DNA of 64,000 nucleotides from an uncultured Rikenellaceae bacterium (GTDB lineage: Bacteria > Bacteroidota > Bacteroidia > Bacteroidales > VadinHA17). Under the pieces are notes generated by a model, which saw nothing but the letters and a program-made list of their open reading frames with translations, was not told the origin of the DNA and made no database searches. The stretch is taken from contig CAZHRV010000118.1 in the NCBI GenBank assembly GCA_964535035.1, positions 943 to 64,942 of the forward strand, written 5' to 3'. Below, one piece after another: positions 1 to 9,586 of the stretch. The first letter of the stretch is position 1. Each line of letters starts with the position of its first letter. Position numbers and translations under genes: made by a program.

Positions 1-1586
1 CTTTTCAAATAGAGAAGGATACAACGAAGTACCGGCTTCTCTCTGAAGATTATGTAAAAGTGATTGTTGCTGATGGAAGAAAGATACTTAAAGTGGATCC
101 CATGGGTCTTGAATTGCTGGCAAAAACAGCAATCTCGGATCTTTCATTCTTCTTTCGCACTTCACATCTCGAACAGCTGGCTGCTATACTTGATGATCCT
201 GAAGCTACCGATAATGATCATTTTGTTGCCTACGAGATGCTTCGCAATTCTGTAATATCAGCCAAAGGTGAATTACCATGGTGTCAGGATACAGGCACAG
301 CGATTGTGATTGGTAAAAAAGGCGAAGCAGTATGGACAGGGGTAAACGATGCACTTTATCTCTCAAAAGGCATCTGTGAGACTTACCAAAACAAGAACCT
401 GAGATATTCACAGATTATTCCACATACGATGTTTGATGAGAAAAATTCCGGGACCAACCTGCCTGCCCAGATCGATATTTACTCGGTTGAGGGGAACAAA
501 TATGAATTACTTTTCATTACCAAGGGAGGCGGTTCCGCAAACAAAACATTTCTTTACCAGCAGACAAAATCGCTTCTCAATGAAGAATCACTGACAAAAT
601 TTGTAAAGGATAAGATAAAGGAACTGGGGACTTCCGCATGTCCGCCATATCATCTTGCACTGGTTATTGGGGGTACTTCAGCCGAAGCAACACTGAAAGC
701 TGTAAAGGAGGCTTCAGCAGGATACCTGGATCATCTTCCAACAACAGGAAATGATAGTGGAAGAGCATTCCGTGATATTGAATGGGAGGGAAAAATAAAG
801 GAGATATGTTATGAATATGGTGTGGGTGCACAGTTCGGAGGAAAATATTATGTTCATGATGTGAGAGTTATCCGCATGACACGACACGCTGCATCATGTC
901 CTGTTGGCATTGGTGTCAGCTGCAGCGCCCACAGGAACATCAAGGCCAGGATTGATGAAAATGGAATATTCCTCGAGGAGCTTGAAATGAACCCCGAACG
1001 TTTCATGCCTGAAAAAGCTCCGGAGCTTGATAAACCTGTTGAGGTAAATCTTGACAGACCAATGAAAGAGGTACTTGCACAGCTTACAAAATATCCTGTA
1101 AAAACAAGACTGAGCCTTACGGGTACTCTTGTCGTAGCACGTGATGCTGCCCATGCCAGAATTAAAAAGATGATAAGTGAAGGGAACCCAATGCCTGAAT
1201 GTTTTAAAAACCATCCTGTTTATTATGCAGGACCTGCTAAAACTCCTGCAGGCATGGCGTCAGGTAGCTTTGGCCCGACAACAGCAGGCCGTATGGATGG
1301 ATATGTGGAAGAGTTCCAGAGCCTGGGAGGATCACTCATAATGCTTGCAAAGGGAAACAGGAATAAATCTGTTATCGAAGCATGCAAAAAATATGGGGGA
1401 TTTTATCTCGGTACTATTGGCGGACCTGCTGCAATCCTGGCTGCTGAAAATATTAAATCGGTAGAACTCGTCGATTTTGAAGATCTTGGGATGGAAGCAG
1501 TCAGAAAGATCAGAGTTGAGAATATGGCAGCCTTCATCCTGACCGACGACAAGGGCAATGACTTCTTTGATGAGTATAATAAATGA
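1..1586 (+). CDS. Class I (Fe-S) fumarate hydratase; 5' end lies outside the window
   Basis: The ORF-track entry 60..1586 starts at an internal GTG. The same frame stays open back to nt 3 ([19 protein letters not shown]...). It aligns by eye with the E. coli FumA/FumB N-terminus (..ILKV.P..L..LA....[23 protein letters not shown]). Stop is TGA at 1584-1586. Confidence 0.9.
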   Translation, partial: FQIEKDTTKYRLLSEDYVKVIVADGRKILKVDPMGLELLAKTAISDLSFFFRTSHLEQLAAILDDPEATDNDHFVAYEMLRNSVISAKGELPWCQDTGTAIVIGKKGEAVWTGVNDALYLSKGICETYQNKNLRYSQIIPHTMFDEKNSGTNLPAQIDIYSVEGNKYELLFITKGGGSANKTFLYQQTKSLLNEESLTKFVKDKIKELGTSACPPYHLALVIGGTSAEATLKAVKEASAGYLDHLPTTGNDSGRAFRDIEWEGKIKEICYEYGVGAQFGGKYYVHDVRVIRMTRHAASCPVGIGVSCSAHRNIKARIDENGIFLEELEMNPERFMPEKAPELDKPVEVNLDRPMKEVLAQLTKYPVKTRLSLTGTLVVARDAAHARIKKMISEGNPMPECFKNHPVYYAGPAKTPAGMASGSFGPTTAGRMDGYVEEFQSLGGSLIMLAKGNRNKSVIEACKKYGGFYLGTIGGPAAILAAENIKSVELVDFEDLGMEAVRKIRVENMAAFILTDDKGNDFFDEYNK

Positions 1587-1592
1587 CCTCGG

Positions 1593-3026
1593 TTACATCT
1601 CCTCAATTATAAATATATCATGCCTGTCAAGCTCCAGCCAGTATTTAAGAGCATCTTTTCTTACCAGCTCCCAGTAAATATTGCTGTCGAGTCCGTAAAC
1701 AAAATTGTATTCCTTAAGAGAGGAACTTATTTTTTCAATTAATTCAGGTTTGAGAGTCAGGCGTATCCTGCGGTTCAGATATGTGATATCTACAGCAGGT
1801 CTTGTCACGGTATCATTCCTTACTGTAAGCAGACCATGTCCGGGAGTTGCCCCGGTGCTGACCTGCAGACCGTCATTCATACAGCTTAAGGGAGATATCG
1901 ATCCTGCATAGGAGGTTGCTTTGAATTCATCAACACCCGTATTAAAATATTCCCTTGCCCTGATACCCATCTTTACTCCAATAATTGTATATATGCCAAG
2001 ATGCCGGTGCAGCTCGTTGGCTATTACACCTGATGTCCATTCATCAATTCCGTACATGCTTACTATTTCTGTTACTACAGGACCAACATCTTCAAAATAA
2101 AATGAAGGATCAACGGGAGTCTGCCTGATCACCTGGTTTCTATTTACTGTCTCACCTTTTAAAATCCGCAGCATGCTTTCTTTTATCCCTATAAAATCGG
2201 AAGGTATGGATTCAGAAATATTTCCGAGGATCTTGTTAAGAAAGAGATCAGGATAATGAATAAAGACAGCAACCATCTCATCTGTACCCTCATATGAAAA
2301 GCTGTGATTTTTTGTAGTCACCGAATTAAAGAATTCAGTGATCTTCTCTGCATATGCTGTATTTACTGTACTTATTGACCTGATTAGTTCATCGTCATAA
2401 AAAACAACATCTGTGTCAATGTATTTTCTTACTATATGTACCGGGACCTCCTGCTTCAGCATTTTTTCTGATGCTTTTTTGTCGATGTTATAATTATATC
2501 CTTTCGTATCAACTGCCCCGTCAACACTCCAGATAATTTCTTTAACCTGCTTCCTGAAAGACGGTATTTCTTTCAGGGCACTATAGGCTGTTGTCATACT
2601 GCCAAGGCTGATGAAACTAATCTTTGTTTTTTCAACTGCGAGAATTTCGCTTATCAGTTTCATATTGCCGGGAGCCTGTTCCATATTGACCCGGGATTCA
2701 TCGCCCCAGATGGTTTGAAGGGCAACAGGAAATTCATCCTTGCTCTTACTATTGCTCTTGTTTATTCCAACAGGGATCCCCTCGTGATAGAATGAATTAA
2801 GAAGACTTTTAACTTTTTTATATGCATTCTCCGTCGAAAGAACACCTGGTGAAACGGTAATGGCAAGTACCCTTACATCAGGCGAAGCAAGGAGCATTGT
2901 AATGGCTTTTATATCATCGACACCTCCATCAGTGTCAACTATCACATAATGAGATGGCTTCCAGGGATGGGAATATAAGGTAAGAGTGATAAATAAGCTG
3001 ACTGCAATGAAGATAAGTCGTTTCAT
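1593..3026 (-). CDS. Exported two-domain protein: inosine/uridine-preferring nucleoside-hydrolase-like N-terminal domain plus FmdE-like C-terminal domain
   Basis: The likely start is Met14 of the ORF (MKRLIFIAVSLFITLTLYS, a Sec-type leader). It has the IUNH-type Asp cluster VIVDTDGGVDDIKAITMLL. The C-terminal motifs HLGIYTIIGVKMGIRA and SCMNDGLQVSTGATPGHGLLTV resemble the FmdE domain. Confidence 0.65.
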   Translation of the reverse strand: MKRLIFIAVSLFITLTLYSHPWKPSHYVIVDTDGGVDDIKAITMLLASPDVRVLAITVSPGVLSTENAYKKVKSLLNSFYHEGIPVGINKSNSKSKDEFPVALQTIWGDESRVNMEQAPGNMKLISEILAVEKTKISFISLGSMTTAYSALKEIPSFRKQVKEIIWSVDGAVDTKGYNYNIDKKASEKMLKQEVPVHIVRKYIDTDVVFYDDELIRSISTVNTAYAEKITEFFNSVTTKNHSFSYEGTDEMVAVFIHYPDLFLNKILGNISESIPSDFIGIKESMLRILKGETVNRNQVIRQTPVDPSFYFEDVGPVVTEIVSMYGIDEWTSGVIANELHRHLGIYTIIGVKMGIRAREYFNTGVDEFKATSYAGSISPLSCMNDGLQVSTGATPGHGLLTVRNDTVTRPAVDITYLNRRIRLTLKPELIEKISSSLKEYNFVYGLDSNIYWELVRKDALKYWLELDRHDIFIIEEM

Positions 3027-3208
3027 CAAATATTTATAATAATAATGGGATAGTAAAAGTATCAATATTTATGAAGAAAAAGTATAACCACGGATTTTAT
3101 GGAGATACATGGATTTTTTCTTTATAGAAAGCTAAAAATAATCAAACATATCGGCAATGAGATTGGGTAAAAGAAGAATTATAATAATTTTATTTACTTT
3201 TATTTTCT

Positions 3209-4285
3209 ATGGGAATATTAGATACAGGGTGCAAAGAAAATCCCCTTCTTTTTGTCGGAGGATATTCAGAAAGTACTGCTGAAAATTTATCAGTTTTTGA
3301 ATTCAATTTCAAAAACGGAAACATCGAAGCTGTTTCCGGGACAAATGCCGGCCCTAATCCGTCATATTTCTGTTTTTCAGATAAATATGATTTGATATAT
3401 GCACTCAACGAGGTGATGGAATTCGGGGGAAAGCCCGGAGGCGTTGTTATCACATTAAAATATAACAGGGGGAAAGGCCAGTTTGAAAAACTGGGTGAAC
3501 TGATCGTTCCATATGGAGGACCCTGTTACATTTCATTATCTGCCGACGGATCTTATTTGTTATTGGCAAATTATTCAAGTGCATCAGTTACAGTTGTAAA
3601 ACTTGATGAGTCGGGTATACCGGAAAGAGTGACAGATTCAATATTATATGAAGTGGAAGTACCGGATGTTTCTCACCCGCATATGATCATGCTGGATCCG
3701 GCCGGGAAACATGTTTATGTAACTGACCTTGGGCTCGACAGGATAATTGTCTACAATCTGGATAAAAATAAAGGAACACTTAGCCAGTTAACAAATGGCG
3801 TTACTGTTCTTCCGAAAGGTTCCGGACCCCGTCATTTTGTATTTAATATCAGCGGATCAAAAATGTACCTGATAAATGAATTAGGATCTACCATCATGGT
3901 ATTTGATGCTGATGAAAATTGTGGTCTTCAGATTGTTCAAACATTACCATCAGCTGATGACTGTTTTACAGGTAAAAATTATTGTGCAGATATACATATC
4001 AGCAGTGATGGTAAATTTCTTTATGGTTCAAACAGGGGTGAAAATACTATTGTGGTATTTAAAATACTGGAGGATGGAATATTGAATCTTGCAGGAAGTG
4101 TCTCCTGCGGAGGCGACTGGCCAAGGAATTTCGTAATTGACCCCTCAGGGAAATTTCTTCTGGTTGGAAATCAAAGATCTGATGAGATATCAGTATTCAG
4201 AATAGACGGTAAAACAGGTATCCCCGGGGGGCCCGTCAACACAAAATCTTTTAAAGCTCCGGCATGTCTGAAATTTCGGAACTGA
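3209..4285 (+). CDS. Lactonase, 7-bladed beta-propeller family (6-phosphogluconolactonase-like)
   Basis: The 358-aa ORF has repeated propeller blades (..YISLSADGSYLLLANY.., ..HMIMLDPAGKHVYVTDLG.., ..IHISSDGKFLYGSNRG.., ..FVIDPSGKFLLVGNQ..) typical of the COG2706 lactonase family. Its start is uncertain; see the frameshift finding. Confidence 0.75.
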   Translation: MGILDTGCKENPLLFVGGYSESTAENLSVFEFNFKNGNIEAVSGTNAGPNPSYFCFSDKYDLIYALNEVMEFGGKPGGVVITLKYNRGKGQFEKLGELIVPYGGPCYISLSADGSYLLLANYSSASVTVVKLDESGIPERVTDSILYEVEVPDVSHPHMIMLDPAGKHVYVTDLGLDRIIVYNLDKNKGTLSQLTNGVTVLPKGSGPRHFVFNISGSKMYLINELGSTIMVFDADENCGLQIVQTLPSADDCFTGKNYCADIHISSDGKFLYGSNRGENTIVVFKILEDGILNLAGSVSCGGDWPRNFVIDPSGKFLLVGNQRSDEISVFRIDGKTGIPGGPVNTKSFKAPACLKFRN

Positions 4286-4352
4286 ATTTTTAAGACAGAT
4301 TAATAAACACAATAATAATCGATGAAGAAGAAACCAGATTTTTATAGTGTTC

Positions 4353-4376
4353 CCTGCCTGATGGCAGGCAGGTTTG
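4353..4376 (+). terminator. Candidate intrinsic terminator after the lactonase gene
   Basis: CCTGCCTG (4353-4360), loop ATGG, CAGGCAGG (4365-4372), then TTTGTGGT. Confidence 0.45.
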
Positions 4377-4460
4377 TGGTTAAGTTTTTTCTAATTGATT
4401 TGATTGAATTATCATTTATTTCTTGTAATATTAACACACAAAAAGCGGAATTATATTCCA

Positions 4461-6020
4461 ATGGATCGAAAAGCTTTAATAACTGATTTACAGCACAATA
4501 AAGAAAGAACCTGGGATATTGTCATAATAGGCGGCGGAGCTACCGGACTGGGTGTTGCCCTGGATGCTGTAACAAGAGGTTACAAGACTCTTCTTTTAGA
4601 GCAATCAGACTTTGCTAAAAGTACCTCTTCGAAAAGTACTAAACTGGTTCATGGAGGGGTCAGGTACCTGGCACAGGGTGATATTCTTCTTGTAAAAGAG
4701 GCACTTCATGAAAGAGGGATAATGTTGAGGAATGCTCCGCATTTAACAGCAAACCAGGAGTTTATCATTCCTCTTTATAGACTCTGGGATGTTATTCTTT
4801 ATTTTGTCGGCTTGAAGTTTTATGATCTCCTTGCAGGAAGACTGAGTCTTGGCAGATCATATTATATCAGTCGTAAAGAAGCAGCAAAGCGCCTACCTCT
4901 ACTAAAACCTGAAAAACTAAAGGGTGGTATAGTTTACCATGACGGTCAATTCGATGATTCACGAATGGCAATTACTCTGGCATCTGCATGTGTGGAGAAT
5001 GGGGGCACTGTCTTGAATTACTTCCGGGTCAACGGTTTTTTGAAAGATGAAAAAGGAAAGATAACAGGTGTTAATGCGGAAAACCTGGAAACAGGAAGTA
5101 AATACAGCATAAACGCTAAACTTGTTATAAATGCCACAGGAGTTTTTGCTGATGAGATACACAGGATGGATGATCCTCTCTCAAAGCCGACAATACGACC
5201 CAGCCAGGGTGTCCATATTGTCTTCGACAATTCCTTTCTTCAGAGCCAGTCGGCAATTATGATCCCAAAAACTGATGACGGGAGGGTTCTTTTCGCGATA
5301 CCCTGGTATGGGAAAGTTGTTGTAGGCACAACTGATACCCCGCTTGATACTATATCCCTGGAACCAAAAGCTCTGAATGAAGAGGTGGATTTTATTCTAA
5401 GAACAGCAGGCAAATACCTGGTTAAAAAGCCCTCAAGAAAAGATGTCCTCTGCATCTTTGCAGGATTACGTCCGCTGGCGGCAAATCCCAATAATCCTTC
5501 AGCAACTAAGGAGGTTTCACGCAGGCATAAAATGACACTCTCTCCATCAGGACTTCTTTCCATTATTGGAGGGAAATGGACATCCTACAGGCGGATGGCA
5601 GAGGAGACCATAGATAAATCAATCAAATCCGGAATTCTTGAAAAAAGAAAATGTGTAACAAAAAAATTCAGTTTCTTTTCATATGATGAGGCATTACATG
5701 CAAAACGTCTTCAGATCTACGGTAAGAAAGCGGTTGAAATTGAAGAGATGATGTGTGGACAGCCAGCCCTGCGTGAACTGCTGAGTCAGCTCCTTCCTTA
5801 TACCAGGGCTGAAATTATCTGGATCTGCAGGAACGAAATGCCACAGACTCTTGAAGATATGCTTGCACGAAGAACACGGTCACTGTTCCTGGATGTCCGT
5901 GCAAGTGTGGCCATTGCTCCAATAGTCGCGGATATAATGGCAGAAGAACTCAGATATGACAATACCTGGAAGGAAAAGCAATTAGAGGAATACAACAAAC
6001 TGATATTGAATTATTTATAA
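4461..6020 (+). CDS. glpD: FAD-dependent glycerol-3-phosphate dehydrogenase/oxidase
   Basis: It has the dinucleotide-binding motif [13 protein letters not shown] near the N-terminus. Its length and position directly upstream of glpK-glpF fit this call. I prefer the ATG at 4461 (MDRKALITD...) over the ORF-track start at 4404. Confidence 0.85.
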   Translation: MDRKALITDLQHNKERTWDIVIIGGGATGLGVALDAVTRGYKTLLLEQSDFAKSTSSKSTKLVHGGVRYLAQGDILLVKEALHERGIMLRNAPHLTANQEFIIPLYRLWDVILYFVGLKFYDLLAGRLSLGRSYYISRKEAAKRLPLLKPEKLKGGIVYHDGQFDDSRMAITLASACVENGGTVLNYFRVNGFLKDEKGKITGVNAENLETGSKYSINAKLVINATGVFADEIHRMDDPLSKPTIRPSQGVHIVFDNSFLQSQSAIMIPKTDDGRVLFAIPWYGKVVVGTTDTPLDTISLEPKALNEEVDFILRTAGKYLVKKPSRKDVLCIFAGLRPLAANPNNPSATKEVSRRHKMTLSPSGLLSIIGGKWTSYRRMAEETIDKSIKSGILEKRKCVTKKFSFFSYDEALHAKRLQIYGKKAVEIEEMMCGQPALRELLSQLLPYTRAEIIWICRNEMPQTLEDMLARRTRSLFLDVRASVAIAPIVADIMAEELRYDNTWKEKQLEEYNKLILNYL

Positions 6021-6021
6021 T

Positions 6022-7515
6022 ATGAAAAAATTCATTCTTGCTCTTGACCAGGGTACAACCAGCTCACGGGCAATAGTCTTTGATCATAACGGACAGCCTG
6101 TTACTTCGGTTCAGAAAGAATTTACCCAGTACTTTCCGAAGCCGGGATGGGTTGAACATAATCCTATGGAAATATGGTCAAGCCAGGGGGATGTAGCTAC
6201 AAAAGCATTGACTAAAGCAGGCCTTAAAAGCAGCAGTATAGCAGCTATTGGCATAACAAATCAACGTGAAACAGCAATTGTTTGGAACAGGAAAACAGGC
6301 AAGCCAATCTATAATGCGATAGTATGGCAGGACAGACGGACTTCTGGTCTGTGCGACAAGCTGAAGAAGGAGGGATACAGCAGGAAAATCCAGAAAAAAA
6401 CGGGACTGATTATTGACGCTTATTTTTCTGCTACAAAACTGAAGTGGATACTTGATAATATAAAAGGAGCCCGTGCCCTGGCAAAAAAAGGAGAACTTGC
6501 TTTCGGGACAGTTGATTCGTGGCTGATATGGAATCTGTCAGGAGGGAAGCTTCATATTACTGATGTCACAAATGCATCACGCACAATGCTGTTCAATATA
6601 CATACCCTTAAATGGGATGATGAACTGCTTAAGATTTTTGACATTCCTTCCAGCATGCTGCCGGAAGTAAGATCATCGAGTGAACAGTATTGTATGACCT
6701 CTGAAGTGTTTAACTCTCCTGTTCCGGTTGCAGGTATTGCCGGTGATCAGCAGGCAGCACTCTTCGGGCAGATGTGTGTTGAACCGGGTATGGTTAAAAA
6801 CACTTATGGTACAGGATGTTTCATGGTAATGAATATCGGGACCAAACCAATTGAATCAAAGAGTAAGCTCCTGACCACCATAGCCTGGAAGACTGACAAT
6901 AAAACATATTATGCCCTCGAGGGAAGTATTTTCATTGCCGGGGCAGTTGTACAATGGCTGCGCGATTCACTCGGAATAATCAAAAAATCAGGCGATGTTG
7001 AAAAACTTGCAGCTTCAGTACAGGGGAGCGAAGGGGTATATTTTGTCCCTGCTTTTGCAGGATTGGGGGCTCCATATTGGAATCAGCACGCGCGGGGAAC
7101 AATTACAGGAATTACGCGCGGTTCAACGGCAGGTCATATAGCACGTGCCGCACTCGACAGTATATGCTACCAGACTCTTGAAGTACTGCAGGCCATGAAA
7201 AAGGATTCCAAAATCGACATAAAGGAACTCAGAGTTGATGGGGGTGCAACAGTGAATAACAACCTGATGCAATTCCAGGCCGACCTGCTACAGGCAAAAG
7301 TGGTGCGACCAAAAATAACAGAAACAACAGCTCTGGGAGCAGCTTACCTGGCAGGACTGGCAGTGAATTTCTGGGCCGATCTGAAGGAGATAAAAAAACA
7401 GTGGCAGATAGACCATACTTTTACTCCCGGTTTAAAAGAAAGTGAAACAAAATCATTAATTAAGGGATGGCACAGGGCAGTAAAAGCAGTTGAAGTATGG
7501 TCTGGGATTAAATAA
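6022..7515 (+). CDS. glpK: Glycerol kinase
   Basis: The 497-aa ORF begins [21 protein letters not shown]... and contains ..[13 protein letters not shown].. and ..YGTGCFM.., which are classic FGGY/GlpK motifs. Confidence 0.95.
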   Translation: MKKFILALDQGTTSSRAIVFDHNGQPVTSVQKEFTQYFPKPGWVEHNPMEIWSSQGDVATKALTKAGLKSSSIAAIGITNQRETAIVWNRKTGKPIYNAIVWQDRRTSGLCDKLKKEGYSRKIQKKTGLIIDAYFSATKLKWILDNIKGARALAKKGELAFGTVDSWLIWNLSGGKLHITDVTNASRTMLFNIHTLKWDDELLKIFDIPSSMLPEVRSSSEQYCMTSEVFNSPVPVAGIAGDQQAALFGQMCVEPGMVKNTYGTGCFMVMNIGTKPIESKSKLLTTIAWKTDNKTYYALEGSIFIAGAVVQWLRDSLGIIKKSGDVEKLAASVQGSEGVYFVPAFAGLGAPYWNQHARGTITGITRGSTAGHIARAALDSICYQTLEVLQAMKKDSKIDIKELRVDGGATVNNNLMQFQADLLQAKVVRPKITETTALGAAYLAGLAVNFWADLKEIKKQWQIDHTFTPGLKESETKSLIKGWHRAVKAVEVWSGIK

Positions 7516-7532
7516 CCAATAACTAATAGCCA

Positions 7533-8246
7533 ATGAATCAATTTTTTGCAGAATTTTTCGGCACCGCCATGCTGATGGTCTTTGGATCCGGAGTCGTGGC
7601 CAATGTCCTTTTAAGTAAGACAAAAGGTAATAACAGCGGCTGGATAGTAATAACCTTCGGGTGGGCCATTGGAGTTTTTACCGGAGTGCTGATAGCTGCT
7701 GATGTTAGCGGCGCTCATATAAATCCTGCAGTTACGCTTGCTCTTGTACTTGCAGGTAAGTTCAATGCCTCACTTATGCCGTTATATATAAGTGCACAAT
7801 TACTTGGAGCAATGTTCGGATCGGGCCTTGTATGGCTGGCATATAAAAAACATTTTGATGCTACAATGGATGCCGATTCCAAACTTGCGGTATTCTGTAC
7901 AATGCCGAATATAAGGAGTTACTGGTACAATATGGTAACGGAAATAATAGGTACCTATGTACTGGCTCTGGCGGTTCTCTACATGGCTGAGCCTGACGTT
8001 GGGTTGGGAGCCCTGAATGCATTGCCGGTGGCACTTGTAGTACTGGGAATAGGTCTTTCTCTGGGCGGACCAACAGGGTATGCAATAAATCCTGCACGTG
8101 ACCTGGGGCCGCGTATAATGCATTTCTTCCTGCCTATACCCGGAAAAAGAGACTGCGACTGGAAGTACAGCTGGGTGCCTATAGTAGGCCCAATGATAGG
8201 AGCAGCACTGGCAGCGGTGATGTTTGTTTTGTTTGGTGGAGAATGA
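7533..8246 (+). CDS. glpF: Glycerol uptake facilitator (MIP/aquaglyceroporin)
   Basis: Two NPA boxes are present (HINPAVT and AINPARD). It has six hydrophobic segments and sits next to glpK. Confidence 0.9.
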   Translation: MNQFFAEFFGTAMLMVFGSGVVANVLLSKTKGNNSGWIVITFGWAIGVFTGVLIAADVSGAHINPAVTLALVLAGKFNASLMPLYISAQLLGAMFGSGLVWLAYKKHFDATMDADSKLAVFCTMPNIRSYWYNMVTEIIGTYVLALAVLYMAEPDVGLGALNALPVALVVLGIGLSLGGPTGYAINPARDLGPRIMHFFLPIPGKRDCDWKYSWVPIVGPMIGAALAAVMFVLFGGE

Positions 8247-8317
8247 TCTTTTTTAGACAAATATCTGGTATAAAAAGAATGACAGGTGATTCTCATTAGT
8301 TTTATAATTAATGAATT

Positions 8318-9451
8318 TTGACAAAGGTAATTATACTTGGGGCAGGTATGGTCGGGAGGGCTATGGCTGTTGATTTATCGAAAAAACATCAGGTTACCTC
8401 AGTCGACATTGATAAAAATGCCCTGGATTTATTATCAAAAAACCCCAATATACAAACAGATATTCTGAATGTTACAGATCATGCTGCACTATCAAAAGCT
8501 GTTAAGGATTTTGATATTGTTATTTCTGCAGTTCCGGGATTTCTTGGTTTGCAGACAATGATACAGGTTATCAGGCAAAAAAAGAATCTGGTTGATATTT
8601 CATTCCTTCCTGAAGATGTTCTCTATCTCGATTCTCTGGCAAAGGGAAACGGGGTAACGGTTGTTATGGATTGCGGGATTGCCCCGGGAATGCCGAATTA
8701 CATTGTGGGGTATTACAACGAGAGGATGAAAATAGAGGAAGTTGAATATATGGTTGGCGGATTACCAAAGATCAGAACATTCCCTTTTGAGTATAAAGCA
8801 CCTTTTTCACCATGCGATGTAATTGAAGAGTATACACGCCCTGCCCGGTATGTCGAAAATGGCAATTTAGTCATAAGACCGGCAATGAGTGATACAGAGT
8901 TTGTTAATTTCGATGGAATTGGAACCCTGGAAGCATTTAATACCGATGGATTGCGATCGTTGATTTACACTATGAAGCATATCCCCTTCATGAAAGAAAA
9001 GACTCTACGATACCCCGGGCACATAAAGCTTATCCTGTCTCTGAAAGATTCAGGTTTTCTGGATAAAGAACCCATCGACATGAACGGGCAACAAATTAAT
9101 CCCTTTGATTTTACTTCACGGATCTTATTCAGTGCGTGGAAGCTTGGCCCTGATGAGCCTGAATTCACTGTTATGCGCATAATACTGAGAGGGGCGGAAA
9201 AGAATGTGAGTAAGGAAATTATTTATGAATTGTATGATGAGTTTGACGAAAATGAAAAGATATCTTCCATGGCAAGAACAACGGGCTTTACTGCCACAGG
9301 AACCGCTGAAATGATACTTAATGAGAGATTTACTGAAAAAGGAGTATTTCCACCTGAGCTGGTCGGAAAAGATCCGGCATGTTTTGAGTATATTATCAGT
9401 TACCTGAAGGAAAGAAATATTCACTTTAAAGTTACCGACAGAAATGTTTGA
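8318..9451 (+). CDS. Saccharopine dehydrogenase-family NAD(P)-binding protein
   Basis: It uses a TTG start and has an N-terminal Rossmann motif (VIILGAGMVGRAMA). Overall length and C-terminal region match my recollection of the saccharopine dehydrogenase-like family. Confidence 0.6.
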   Translation: MTKVIILGAGMVGRAMAVDLSKKHQVTSVDIDKNALDLLSKNPNIQTDILNVTDHAALSKAVKDFDIVISAVPGFLGLQTMIQVIRQKKNLVDISFLPEDVLYLDSLAKGNGVTVVMDCGIAPGMPNYIVGYYNERMKIEEVEYMVGGLPKIRTFPFEYKAPFSPCDVIEEYTRPARYVENGNLVIRPAMSDTEFVNFDGIGTLEAFNTDGLRSLIYTMKHIPFMKEKTLRYPGHIKLILSLKDSGFLDKEPIDMNGQQINPFDFTSRILFSAWKLGPDEPEFTVMRIILRGAEKNVSKEIIYELYDEFDENEKISSMARTTGFTATGTAEMILNERFTEKGVFPPELVGKDPACFEYIISYLKERNIHFKVTDRNV

Positions 9452-9482
9452 TTGTAGACAAGAGGTTTGAATTATCTAACCT
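9452..9482. repeat. Left copy of a 31-bp direct repeat TTGTAGACAAGAGGTTTGAATTATCTAACCT
   Basis: It is identical at 29 of 31 positions to 33278-33308 in the same orientation. It starts 1 nt after the TGA stop of the preceding gene. Confidence 0.85.
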
Positions 9483-9570
9483 GAAGTTTGATGCAACTGT
9501 TTATGATCCGGGAAGCGGCCGTATCGTGGAAATACTGACCGATCAGCCTGGTATTAGAGTATATATTTTT
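9481..9570 (+). pseudogene. Remnant of an aldose 1-epimerase (galM-like) gene; C-terminal fragment only
   Basis: It translates to LKFDATVYDPGSGRIVEILTDQPGIRVY. The intact galM at 14765-15856 reads KVDVTVYDPESGRIMEVLTDQPGLQFF at the matching position. There is no upstream coding continuity, and the fragment runs directly into the start region of the next gene. Confidence 0.6.
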
Positions 9571-9586
9571 AAAAACAAAGAAAAAA

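Noticed and set aside
4404-4460. N-terminal extensions offered by the ORF track: 4404 for glpD, 24201 for the esterase, 27546 for the serine hydrolase, 57044 for the PflX-like gene, 40625 for pepA, 13295 for the AlsD-like gene, 14635 for GH8, 3065 for the hydrolase fusion and 56842 for rimP
   Set aside because: In each case a downstream Met gives either a proper signal peptide or the conserved family N-terminus. The extension is unprotein-like or overlaps the preceding gene, a leader hairpin or repeats.
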